Shown here: one piece after another, positions 1-12,290 of the stretch
How the letters are laid out: the number at the start of each line of letters is the position of its first letter
Numbering within the stretch: position 1 is the stretch's first letter
Origin: Eledone cirrhosa
Taxonomy: Eukaryota
Direction: 5' to 3'
Length of the DNA stretch: 64,000 nucleotides
Assembly (NCBI GenBank): GCA_964016885.1
Contig: OZ024740.1
Span: forward strand, 104,904,001 to 104,968,000
Program-made: the position numbers and the translations under genes
Notes under the pieces: generated by a model
The model's database searches: none
Seen by the model: the letters and a program-made list of their open reading frames with translations, nothing else
Told to the model about the DNA's origin: nothing

Positions 1-2340
1 ACACTTCTAGACTTGAACTAGAAGAGAGAGACACTTCTATACTTTATCTGGGGATTAAGACACTTCTAGACTTGTACTGGGGGAGTGACACACTTCTAGA
101 CATGAACTGGAGAGTAAGACACTTCTAGAGTTGAACTGAGGGAGAGAGACACACTTCTAGACTTGAACTGGGGGGAGACACACTTCTAGACTTGAGCTGG
201 AGAGAGAGACACACTTCTAGGCTTGAACTGAGGACAGAGTCACTTCTAGATTTGAACTGGGCAGTAAGACACTTCTAGACTTGAACTGGGGGAGAGACAC
301 ACTTCTAGACTTGAACTCGGGGTGAGAGACACATCTAGACTTAAACTGGGGGAGAGAGACACTTCTAAACTTGAACTGAGGAGTAAGACACTTCTAGACT
401 TGGACTGGGGGAGAGACACACTTCTAGACTTGATATGGGGATTAAGACACTTCTAGACTTGAACTGGGGGAGAGACACACTTGTAGACTTGAACTGGGGT
501 AGAGACACACTTCTAGACTTGAACTGGTGGAGAGAGACACTTCTAGACTTTAACTGGGAGAGAGACACTCTTCTAGACTTGTACTGGGGGAGATAGACAC
601 TTCGAGACTTGAACTGGTGAGCCAGACCCTTCTAGACTTGAACTGGACAGAGAGAGAGACACTTATAGACTTGAACTGGGGAGTAAGACACTTCTAGACT
701 TGAACTGGTGAGTAAGACATTTCTAGACTTGAACTGGGGGAGAGAGACACACTTCTAGACTTGCCCTGGGGGAGAGACACACTTCTAGACTTGAACTGGG
801 GAGAGAGACACTTCTAGACTTGAACTAATGGAGAGACACACTTCTAGTCTTGAACTGGGGGAGAGACACACTTCTAGATTTGAACTGGGGGAGAGAGACA
901 CACTTTTAGACTTGAACTCAGGGAGAGACACACTTCGAGACTTGAACTCGTGAGAGAGACACACTTCTAGACTTGAACTGGGTGAGAGACACTTTTAGAC
1001 TTGAACTGGGGTGTAAGACACTTCTAGACTTCAACTAGGGGCGAGACACACTTCTAGACTTGAACTGGGGAGTAAGACACTTCTAGACTTGAACTGGGGG
1101 AGAGAGACACTTCTAGACTTGGTCTGGTGAGTATGACCCTTCTAGACTTGAATTGGGGCGAGACACACTTCTAGACTTGAACTGGGGAGTAAGACACTTC
1201 TAGACTCTAACTGGGGGAGAGACACACTTCTAGACTTGGACTGGGGAGTAGACAGTTCTAGACTTGAACTGGGGGAGAGACACACCTCTAGGCTTGAACT
1301 GGGGAGTAACACACTTCTAGACTTGAATTGGGGGAGAGACACACTTCTAGACTTGAACTGGAGGAGAGACACACTTCTAGACTTGAACTGGGGAGAGAAA
1401 CACACTTCTAGACTTGAACTGGGTAGAGAGACACTTCTTGACTTTAACTGGGGAGTAAGACACTTCTAGACTTGAACTGGGGAGAGGGACACACTTCTAG
1501 ACTTGAACTGGTGAGAGAGACACTTCTAGACTGTAAATGGGGGAGAGAGACACTTCTAGACTTGAACTGGGGGAGAGACACACTTCTAGACTTGTACCAG
1601 GGGAGATAGACACTTCTAGACTTGAACTGGGGAGAGAGACACCTCTAGATTGGAAGTGGGGAGTGAGACACTTCTAGACTTGAACTGGGGAGTAAGACAC
1701 TTCCACACTCTAACTGGAGGAGAGACACACTTCTAGACTTGAACTGGGGAGAGAGACACTTCTAGACTTGAACTAGGTGAGAGAGACACTTCTAGACTTG
1801 AACTGGGGGAGAGACACACTTCTAGACTTGAACTGGGGGAGAGACTTACACTTCTCGATTTGAACTGGGGGTGAGAGACACACTTCTAGACTTGAACTGG
1901 GGAGTAAGATACTTCTAGACTTGAACTGGGGGAGAGACACACTTCTATACTTGAACTGGGGGAGAGACACACACTTCTCGATTTGAACTGGGGGAGAGAG
2001 ACACACTTCTAGACTTGAACTGGTGAGTAAGATACTTCTAGACTTGAACTGGGGGAGACACACACTTCTAGACTTGAACTGGAGGAGATACACACTTCTA
2101 GACTTGAACTGGGGAGAGATACACTTCTAGACTTGAACTGGGGGAGAGAGACAATTCTAGACTTGAACTGGGGGAGAGACACGCTTCTAGACTTGAACTG
2201 GAGGAGAGAGACACTTCTAGACTTGAACTGGGGGAGAGAGACACGGATCTAGACTTGAACTGGGGAGAGAGACACTTCTAGACTTGACCTGGGGAAGAGC
2301 CACACTTCTAGATTTGAACTGGAGAGAGACACACTCCTTG
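1..2340. repeat. Minisatellite, ~28-32 bp unit ACACTTCTAGACTTGAACTGGGGGAGAG(AC), runs off the left window edge
   Basis: Dozens of tandem copies of CACTTCTAGACTTGAACTGGG with a variable G/AG/AC linker; the ORFs here (FKSRSVSLPQ repeats) are translations of the unit. Confidence 0.97.
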
Positions 2341-2369
2341 AGAGAAGATATATGAGATATGATTTAAGG

Positions 2370-2643
2370 TTAACCCTTTTGATACCAAACCACCTGAAAT
2401 CACCACTGGATCTATGATTTAAAAAAAGCTGTTTGTTTTAATGTGTTTTTAATTATCTAAAGATAATTTTATTTTAGAACCTTTGTTAGATTATTTTCCA
2501 ATAATCTAACAGTTTAATTTCTTTAATAACGAGAACATTAGTTGTACTATTAAATCCCTCCAAATTCTTTATTATTTTTTCAAAATTATTTGAAAACCCT
2601 ACAGCAATGTCTTTCGTGAGAAATATGGTAATAAAAAGCTTAA
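2370..2643 (+). mobile_element. Degenerate piggyBac-type MITE (TTAA|CCCTTT ... AAAGGG|TTAA family)
   Basis: Starts TTAACCCTTTTGATACC and ends AAATATGGTAATAAAAAGCTTAA; related copies at ~2990-3170, ~21700-21958 (opposite orientation) and tandem ends at 25620-25910 (GGTAATGAAAGGGTTAA). Confidence 0.55.
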
Positions 2644-3369
2644 GAGGTCAGGAAATGTTTGTACATTATAATCTGGAAAAAATGATACTTGATTTTTGAC
2701 ATTATATAAATAAAAAGAGAAAGTGAATTAAAAATGATAGATGTGTCAGGTGTCTTTCATTTCACAGATAAGCTATCACCATTAGCTACCTGTCTCTTCT
2801 ATCACAATTATAATGGCCTCTGTTCCTTTGAAAGAGCCATGTCAACACATGCCAGCCAGCTACAAGTCAATTTGAACCAGGTTAAATGTAAATGTTAAAA
2901 ACTTTGTAGAGTGTTAACCTTTATTTCTATCAAATCCATTTGGTCCCTGGTCCCACAATACAAAACAATTTATTTTAAAAGGTTTATATATATCTGAAAA
3001 CCTTCTATCAAAATTTTATGTAAGAGCCTTTGTTAAGTTATGTTTCAAACATCTTCATAAAGAGAACATTAGTTATAATACTAAATCCTTACAAATTCTT
3101 GATTATTTTCAAAATTATCTGAAACTTAGGCAGTGTGTTTCATCAGAAATATGGTAGAGAAACTGTTAAATATTTGAAATTGACATTTTAAGTAAGAAGT
3201 TTCTTTGTAAAGTATAGAATGGAAAAGATTGCTCATTGTGTGCCATAAACTGTTTGTCACCTCCCTCCTACTACCTGTTATGTATCTAAGTACTATCTAG
3301 CATAATAGACAGTATGGTCGCAGATGTCAAGCATATTCAAATTTCAAAATCAATGATTACTTCTCTCAC

Positions 3370-3805
3370 CCTACCACCACCAACACCCCCACAACCACTA
3401 TCGCTACCATCAACACCATCACCACCAACACCACTACTACCAACACCATTACCACTACCTTTTCATACAACTATGATCACCATCGCCACCACCACCATCA
3501 CAACCACAACCACCACTACCATCCCACTACTATCACCACCACTACCATTACAAGCAACTATCGTCGCCACCACCACGAGCAGCAGCACCACCACCACCAC
3601 CAACATCACTACTACCATCACTACCAGCAACACCACCATCAACTCCACTATCACTACTACCATCATCACTGCCATTACATATGACTATCATCACCACCAG
3701 CACCAGCAGCAGCAGTAGCACCACCACTATCACCACCACCACCACCACCACCACCACCACCACCACCACTACCACCATTACCAACACAACCCTCCCTCCA
3801 CCACC
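3370..3805. repeat. (CAC/ACC)n degenerate trinucleotide microsatellite
   Basis: Direct reading; explains the poly-T/P/V ORFs. Confidence 0.95.
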
Positions 3806-4221
3806 AAGTGTTTACTTGGTTACCAAATTGTAGGCCTGGGTAGATAGATACTTTACAGTAACAACTGGAGCAATCACAATATGAAACAAGTTCATATTGT
3901 TATCTTGTATAACATTAAGAGAATTGGGGAAGGAATAGACAAACAATAACAACATCAACTGATGGGTTATTTGTCCCACTTTCCTGGGGTGTCAGCTGTT
4001 ATCCTGTAGTGGTACAAAGAAAGGGATCATAGATTTCATAATACTAGTTACCATCCTCCTTCACTATAAAATATATACCATGGAAAGACAGATACAGTCT
4101 TGTGTTTATATATATATAAAACAAGAATAACACTTGAAATAGCAGGAAGAAGATCTTAATGTTTCAGAAGCTAGTCCTTTATCAAAAGAAAGAATGAGAA
4201 ATTAGAAAGAGCTGATCTTCA

Positions 4222-7139
4222 GGCATTTGCAACCTTTTCCGCAAGGACCGCATTAACCGCCGTGGTGGTGGTGTGATGGTCTACGTTCGTTCAAACTTTT
4301 CGGTAATTCCTTGCGTTGATTTGAACAAATCACAGGAAGAAGTTTTTTTCTGTGACATACGTATGACCATGTCAACACTTCTGCTTGGTGTTGTTTATCG
4401 CCCCCCAAACTACCATCAGGACACACAGCTTTGCGATATCCTCAGAGTTGCTGCCAAGAAAACAGCCACTTATGTGTTTATTGCAGGTGACTTCAATCAT
4501 CCTGAGATCGATTGGGAAACCTTTCGTTGGCCACAGGGTGCAAACGATTTCCTTGAACTAGTGCTGGACTCAAACTGGTCACAAGTAGTCACCTCTCCAA
4601 CAAGAGGTGACAACACTTTGGACCTGATCTTCACCACTACTCCTGAAGTGGTTATCAGTTGTACTACTGAGGAACCTCTAGGCGACTCTGATCATGCTAT
4701 GATCATTGCCAATCTGGCACTTGAGGGCAGCAACAAAAACCAGAGCCATCTCCAATCTGCTTGCTTTGATTGGAAGAGGGCGCATTGGAACTTGTACTGC
4801 ACTGAGCTACAGCGCCCAAACTGGCATGAGATGTATAACTCTGGAGATGTGAACTCTATACTCCAGAGCATCCTGGACTCAATATGGATAGCGTGTGCAG
4901 CATCAGTGCCACAGAAGCGGAAAAATAACCACCCCAAAAGTGCAATCTGGGAAACTTCAGCGGTCCGACTTGCCAGGAAAGAACGTCGGAACGCTGAACG
5001 GGAATATAAACTGCATAGATCAGATGCCAACAGAAAAAAGCGGAATAAATCTTCTAACCATCTCAAGCAAGTGACAAAGAAGGCAGTGCTTGAATTTGAA
5101 CAGTGCATCGCAACCAATCCTGACAGTAAGGTGTTCTGGAAATATGTTCATTCAAAGCAGAGACCTCACTCTCCAGTTGGTCCTCTTCACAATCCCCACA
5201 CAAGCCAGATCACTGACGATCCCAAGGAATGCGCAGAACTCATTGCTGAGTGCTATGCAAGTATTTTTACGGTTGAAAACCAGAATGTACCATCTCCACC
5301 ATCTCTAACATCAAATTCCATAACAACTATGGAATTTACACCTGCAATGTTGCGACGTCACCTTAAGAATAAGCGCAACTATGCCTCCCCTGGTCTTGAT
5401 GGTGTGACATACCTGCTTCTCAAACGTGGCGGGGATTTCCTTTTGCGCCAGCTTTCTTTTTTCTTTCAATACTGTCTCAGCAATGGTGCTACTCCGGAGC
5501 AGTGGAAAACTGCCAGTGTCATTCCCCTGTTCAAAAAGGGCAACCGCATGTCACCTGTCAACTATCGTCCAGTCAGTCTTACTAGCTGTATGGCCAAACT
5601 GATGGAATCCTGTGTCAGAGAAACACTTTGGAACTTCTGGAGCTCTCACAGCCTCATCTAGCCCTCACAGTTTGGATTTATCCCTAACTCCAGCTGCTGT
5701 GATCAGCTTATCGAGTTCCTTGAGGACGTCACCCGGATCACTGACAGCGGCTCATGGGTGGATGTTGTTTACCTTGACTTTGCTAAGGCTTTTAATTCTG
5801 TGCCACACAAAAGACTTATGGCAAAACTCTCTGCAATGGGTGTGAGGGATGATCTTTTCGACTGGCTGAAATCCTTCATTCTCAGCCGAAAGGAAGTAGT
5901 CACGGTTCTAGGACAGCATTCTTCACCATATGAGATGTCATCTGGTGTACCACAGGGATCTGTTCTTGGTCCTCTTTTGTTTGTGGCATATATTAATGAC
6001 ATAGATGCCAACTTACAGAATGCCACGGTACTAAAATATGCAGATGACATCAAGCTGTACCTTGAAATCAAAAGGACTGATCCTGAAATTTACAACTCTT
6101 TCCTACAGTCAGACCTGGACACAATGCAGCAATGGATCACAGACTGGCAACTGAAGCTGGCTGTGGACAAGTGTACCACCATGCATTTTGGAAGGAAAAA
6201 TCCAGTGTCCACATACTCCCTCCACAACACTGACATCAAAAAGTCCTCTTGTGAACGTGACCTGGGCATTACTGTCAGCAACGATTTGCGTTGGACAAAG
6301 CATGTCTCTAAGATTGTCAAGAAGGCCGAGGGTGTCTTGGCATCACTCAGCAAGACCTTTGTTAGCCGCTCTCCAGCCATCTATTTAAAACTGTATACAG
6401 CTATGGTGCGACCACACTTGGAATTCGCATCATCAGTCTGGAACCCCTATCTTGCTCGGAACATTGACCTCCTGGAAACTGTTCAGAGACGTGCAATCAA
6501 GCGCATACCCTCCATCAGACACCTACCATACTCTGAACGCCTTGCTTCCCTGGGCATGGATTCATTGAAGCTCCGACGTCTGGCAATGGACTTGGTGAAT
6601 ACCCACAAAGTTTTTAACCATCTCGCCAACTGCAACCCTGAGCGCCTCTTTGATCTCCATGTGTCTAACACACGTGGACATGCCTACAAGATAAGAAAAC
6701 AGCACAGCTCCCATGACTTTCGCAGACATTTTTTCATGCTCAGAGTTGCTGAAGCATGGAACAAACTGCCTGCGTCAATTGTTAGCTGCCGAGACACTGC
6801 ATCCTTTAAGACACTCATGCTTCCCGAAATACGCCAAAACTACACCTGATGTACCCCTTCCATACACATGCACACATGTGTGTATCATGACTCGTGCACT
6901 GTTCATTTTACTGATGTTTGTGCATTGCCCTATGTACTGTACATGCACTTTTTTGATGAGTTGTGGTGCACCTGGGCACTGTACACAATATTTCATTATT
7001 GTTATTGTTATTATATCATGACTCATACACTGTTCATTTTCCTGACATTTGTACATTATTCTATGTACTATACATGCACCTTTGATGAGTTGTAGTGCAC
7101 CTGAGCACTGTACACAATAATTTCATTATTATTATTATT
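4222..7139 (+). mobile_element. 5'-truncated CR1/L2-group non-LTR retrotransposon (ORF2 APE endonuclease + RT, 3' UTR, (ATT)n tail)
   Basis: APE motifs GGGV, VYRPP, GDFN, TLDLIFT, SDH; RT motifs NYRPVSLTS, YLDFAKAF, GVPQGSVLGPLLF, YADD; C-terminal TRGH...FFMLRV..AWNKLP typical of CR1; 3' UTR has an internal ~125-bp duplication and ends in ATTATTATT. Confidence 0.93.
4273..6849 (+). pseudogene. LINE ORF2 (APE-RT) interrupted by a single in-frame TAG at 5659-5661
   Basis: ORFs 4273..5661 and 5758..6849 are in the same frame; read-through gives LI*PSQFGF, the conserved QFGF motif. Confidence 0.9.
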
Positions 7140-7675
7140 GAAGGGATGGGATATGTGTGTGTTTGTGTGTGAAAAGTATACAGAAAAAAATACAACAGAT
7201 GATGAGGTTTAATGAAGATATATATTAGTTTCATGCTTAGTAAAGTAGGAATAGTCTTTATGTTTCAGATGCTAGTCCTTTATCAGAATATAAAATGAGA
7301 AATTGAAGAAGAAATAGAAAGATAGAGGAGAGCGAGCAGGGGCAGAAGTGAAAAAATATTTCTTTGAGAAAAAGCAGATTTGTTCATTTTGTATTTGTTC
7401 ATCTCTTGGGAAACTGTTGATTGTTTGTTTTTTTGTCTACAATCAAACACTGATTATTTAAAGTTTTATCTGAAAAACAAACTTAAATATCTGTAGCTAT
7501 GATGTTCTGCTACTATCTACCTCCCACTCTCTCACACACATTCTCTCTCTCTGTCATTTACTAACTCTCTCTTCATCAAATACCACCTCTCACAGGCTTA
7601 CATTCTATCCCTACCAGAAAAACATATATACTTGTTTTTCTGTTAAGGATAGAATGAATATACTATACATATGTA

Positions 7676-7776
7676 CAGGGTGTTCCCCCAAAATGTATAC
7701 ACACTTTGATTACCTGTACAGGCAATATTTATTAGAATGCTGTTGAAGTATGTATGCATTTTTGGGGGACACCTCA
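7676..7776. mobile_element. Short Tc1/mariner-type MITE
   Basis: TA-CAGGGTGTTCCCCCAAAATGTATACA ... TGTATGCATTTTTGGGGGACACCTCA-TA imperfect terminal inverted repeats. Confidence 0.6.
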
Positions 7777-8199
7777 TATGTGTTTTTAAGAACCTCTGTT
7801 TCCATTTCACCTCTCAATTCATGAAATATCTCATCTTACTGCTGTCTCAGGCAACTTCCTCCCCCACCCACACACAACACCCCCTCACCTCTATCAGTTT
7901 AGACCAATTATATTATGCCCTGTCTTCTTTAAAACACATCATCAACAATTTCCCCTTATGGATTAAAACCAAAGGACTGATATACATAACTACTAAGCAT
8001 GTTAAACAACAATTATTGGTAATAAACATATTGGCGAATTTTGTAATGTAGAGTAACTCAAGTTGGGGCAGTAACAAGAAATCATGAGGGTGAATCCCTT
8101 GAAAAGGAACAGAAGATCCTGCAAACTCTCTTTCTCAGATACGGAAATCAAACAACAACATACCAAATACCAATCCACCCACTCACCGAAACTCTTCCT

Positions 8200-10300
8200 C
8201 TTACTATGTAATCCAAAATTTCAGGGCTGCCACTATCAACGTTGGCATGATGAAAGGTAGATCAAAAGTTGGTGGAGCAAATGCAAGTAAATGTATGTTG
8301 AGTATGAGAAACAAGATGAAAAGGAGCCTCAACTAAACTCCCCACGGGCAATAGTCAATGTTACAGACATTTCTGAGCGGGTAATAATTATGGGGTGGAT
8401 GTGGATTGGGTAGACAAAGCAATTGGGCTAGTCAGAGTAAGTGATAGAATATTTTAGCTTTGACTAGTTAGTCCTAAATAGAAAAACAGTAACAGTCATC
8501 CTTGAATACACACCACTAGCTGAGCTGTCAGAGGAACTGAAATATAACTAAAGCAAGGAGAAAAGCTAGGCACCAAGTACACTTAGCCAGAAGTGAAACA
8601 AAAAGTAAGAAGTATGCACATGTTTTATTCCATGAGTACCAAAGGTACAGGGTGTTTCAGATTGCAAGGGAAAATAAAGTTATGATTGGGGAGAAGTGCA
8701 TTCAAAATGATAGTGATGCATTTGTCCTCACCAATGCTGAAAAGAATGAAACATGGAAGTGCCATTATGAGAGATTGTTGCTACAAATGAAAAGGAAATG
8801 CACTGGACAGGGGAAACTATAGAGACATCAAGTTGATGGACCAGGTTTTGAAAGTTACTAAAAGGGTTAGAGCACAACTGATTAAAAATAGGATTAAACT
8901 GCATGAGATATCAGTTCAGCTTTGTCCCAGGATGATGTACTACTGTTACCATATTCCTTCTGAGGCAGTTGCAGCTAAAGAGACTTAGTTAAGAGCAAGC
9001 CTCTCTATCTAGCATTTATTAATCTGTACTCTTCTCTATAATTCGCCAACACTACACCTAATGTCCCCCCCCCCCTCCACACACATACACACATGTATAT
9101 CATGACTCATACACTATTCACTTCCCTGACATTTGTATATTATTCTATGTACTATACATGCACCTTTGACGAGTTGTAGTGCACCTGAGCACTTTACACA
9201 ATAATTTCATTATTATTATTATTATTATAATCTGGTAGGCTCTTTGAAAACCAGGCATAGATGAATGAATAGCTTGTCAGGGCTGTACAAGATTAGAATT
9301 AACAATGGCAGAAATATTAGAATTAACAATGGATACAGCAATGAAGTTGATGTGTAAGTGGGGATTCACCAAGGTTCAATCAGGTCATAACAAAGGAGTT
9401 TAAGACTGGCTGCTCATGGAAACTCCTATATTCTGATAACTTTGTTCATATAGCTAAATCCATGGTAAAATTAGAGAAGAAATTCCAAACATGGAAACAA
9501 AATCTGGAATTGAAAGTCTTCAGAGTAAACTTTGCAAAGATTAAAATTCTTAGTAAGTAGAAAAGAAGACAGAACACTGATTCTATCAAGAAAATAGCCA
9601 TGATCTGTATGCAGAAAAGGAGTTGGTAGAAATTTCAATAGTGTGTACTAAATGTAGACAATGAGTACACAAGAGATGTAGTAGGATCTCAGATCAGCTA
9701 ATGAAGAATGTAGACTTCAAATATGATAATTGCACAGGATCAGTAAGCAGTAAGAGTGCACATGAAACAGAGTCTATGAAATGCTCAAATGGCTCCCAAG
9801 AAATAGTTGACAGCTTCTACTACCTGGGTGCCTTAATTAGCAGTAGTAGTGGGTGTTCTGAAAGTACACGAGTCAGAGTAAAATCTGGCTGGAAAAAGTT
9901 CAGGGAACCATAAAAAAATTTTCTCTGTAATGTGGTAGTGCTGGTGCCATGCTAAAATGCACCCAGCTCACACTCTAAAGTAGCTGTGCTGGTACCATGA
10001 TAACATGTACCCTAGCTTACACTGTAAAGTGGTAGTCCTGGTACCACAAAAAAGTACCCAGTCAGTCCTATCAAGTGGTAGTAATGATGTCATGAGAAAA
10101 CGAACCTAGTACATGCCATGAAAGGGTTGGCATTAGGAAAAGGTATCCATTCTTAGAAACCATGCCAAAATGGAATATATGAGCAAGGCAGTCATCTGAG
10201 CTGTCTAACTTCAGAACGTGACTGCCCATTTAACCCATGCAAGCATAGAAAATATATGTAAAATGGTGATGATGATGATGATGATGATGATGATGGTGAT
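8200..10300 (+). mobile_element. Old, heavily decayed RTE LINE
   Basis: Recognisable remnants: ATINVG (EN start), WKCHYERLL, FKTGCSWKLLY, EIVDSFYYLG...GWKKFRE, then a 3' UTR-like part and (GAT)n tail; many stops and deletions. Confidence 0.75.
9028..9228 (+). mobile_element. 3'-end fragment of the CR1-like LINE nested in the old RTE
   Basis: Matches 6830-7139 (CGCCAACACTACACCT...GAGTTGTAGTGCACCTGAGCAC...ATAATTTCATTATTATT). Confidence 0.85.
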
Positions 10301-10712
10301 GAATATAATGACGATAAATGTATGTATATATGAATATATGTACGTGTATATGTGTGCAAATAGCAAAATTAACAACTATACTAAATTCGAAAGGTATTAT
10401 AATTAGCAACCTATGCAGATTGACCATTATAATCAATGAGGTTGGGGTGGAGGTGTTTAACTTTGATTTCTATCACATCAATAGGTAACATATGTTACTT
10501 TCAAAATATTTGCTGCTGTATATTGCTGAGTTGGTCGATCTGATTTCCTATAGAACATCATCAGTCCAGCACTGCTCTAGTTTGTAACCAGATATTTTAT
10601 TGTTTGTTAATCTCTATTTATAGGAGACATGTACAGTCTGGTTATATAATTATTACCATTATTTTATTCCTTATTTTATTGCTGTTCAACATATGGCAGC
10701 CTTTCTAACATA

Positions 10713-10910
10713 CGAAGGTCAGCTGATAAATTCATAAACTGACTATGAAAGAGTGATGCTAGAGCTGTGAAATCTTGCATGCATTAATTTCAAATCTTCT
10801 TATTAATACTGCATTGTTTCTTTCCAGGGACTATGTTGAAAAACAAACCTCATTTGGCCATTCCATGAGGGTATCTTGGTCAGCTTACAAACTTTTCAGC
10901 CAACCCTCAT
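10713..10910. mobile_element. Mariner-type MITE (~195 bp)
   Basis: TA-CGAAGGTCAGCTGATAAATTC ... AACTTTTCAGCCAACCCTCA-TA; same family at 10995-11195, 22000-22212 and 25233-25430. Confidence 0.8.
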
Positions 10911-10994
10911 AATTAATTTTGAAAGTTAGGCTCAACTTGTGGCATCTACCACAAAGTGTGTTTCATTCAGAATGTGTCAATTATCTGAAGTATA

Positions 10995-11195
10995 TGAAGA
11001 TAGACTAAAAAGTTCTTAGAATGACTATGAAGGAGTGATGCTAGAGTTGTGAAATCTTGCATGCATTAATTTCAACTCTTCTTATTAATAAATGCATTGT
11101 TTCTTTCCAGGGACTATGTTAGAAAAATAAACCTAATTTAGTTATTCCATGAGAGTATCTTGGTCAGCCTATGAACTTTTCAGTTGACCCTTGTA
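10995..11195. mobile_element. Mariner-type MITE, second copy
   Basis: Shared internal GAAATCTTGCATGCATTAATTTCAACTC and terminal inverted repeats. Confidence 0.75.
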
Positions 11196-12089
11196 TAAGT
11201 GGCAAATTGGCAGAATCGTTAAATCATTGTATTAAATGCTTCAGTATATATTCTGAATCTCTGTGCTTTGTGTTCAAATCATGTTGTGATCAACTTTGCT
11301 TTTCCTCCTTTTGCCAGTTGATAAATAAAATACTGGCCCCAGGGCTGGTGTATTGGTGGAATTGTTAAAGAGTTAGATGGGGTGCTTTGCCCTATCTGAT
11401 CTGGCTTAGATCCTACATTCTTCTTTCAGGAGTTGTGACCAGCAGATATTATCACCAATGGGAAGATCAAAGGAAACATAGATTCCTTGGTCCAGTTTGA
11501 TAATCAGCTCCTTTATTGTTTCCAATGTAACCCATTAATCTATTGTGCTTGCAGTGAAAACATTACTTTTGTGTAATGTATGTAAATATCTAAAGTAAGA
11601 AAGTCTTTTGTATACCCACAGCAGGAATTCAACCCAGAACTGTAGCATAATGAAGTGCTTATCTGCTTTATAGTGTTGCCACTGCTTACAGCAATGAGTC
11701 ATTCCTAGCTCATATTGAACCTAGTTGATATGCATCACCAATAAATGTACTGATATGCAAATGATCAAAAGTAGTATTCGTTGCCTATCATATTTTTTTA
11801 AAAATTGTCATAAGCTACTCTCTGTCTGTCTCTCTTTCTGGAGAAGGGATGAAATAAGCATTTCTGATGAGCCGGTAATAGTCAGGTAAAGCTAGTCAAG
11901 CTGTTCTTCAGTTTGTCCTATTGAGAGGTCTATTTGCTCACCAATGTTGAACATTTACCATAAGTACTATGTAAATATATACAGCGGTCAATTGAGGAGA
12001 AGGGACTCTCCTGTGTTTATCCGTTGTCTTCGCTCACCTTCTTAATTCATTATACATATGTATATGCTTATATATACTATATGTGTGTG

Positions 12090-12290
12090 TGTCAAGTCAC
12101 TCTCGAGTGCTACTGGTAACATGTAATCCAGTACAACCTGTCTCATGGTTGGGTCGTTGGTGACTAAACTGGCAACACCACCAAGCTTGCTTGGTGAGGA
12201 GGGTGATATTTGGACACCCTGCAGGATGAAATACAAGACCCAGCAAAAGGCAGAGGAACTCAGCAGAATCAACGGCCATCCAAATAGTAT
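12090..12290. repeat. Dispersed repeat also present at 12883-13045 (unclassified, possibly a LINE 5' UTR)
   Basis: ATGTAA(T/C)CCAGTACAACCTGTC..ATGGTTGGGTCG...GGTGAGGAGGGTG...CAACGGCCATCCAAA occurs twice. Confidence 0.6.

Noticed and set aside
1-2340. CRISPR-like array of ~30-bp repeats
   Set aside because: No unique spacers (linkers are G/AG/AC variants), no cas genes, eukaryotic context; it is a minisatellite
5659-5661. In-frame TAG as programmed read-through or recoding
   Set aside because: A single copy with no visible recoding signal; a point mutation in a dead-on-arrival LINE is simpler
4692-6671. Antisense ORFs over the CR1 and RTE copies (also 19436, 27697, 39001, 56831, 59230)
   Set aside because: Shadow frames of LINE/PLE coding sequence with no independent motifs
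11860-11900. Functional hammerhead at CTGATGAGCC...GGTAAAGCTAGTC
   Set aside because: The GAAA core is disrupted and stem I is very weak; at most a decayed relic
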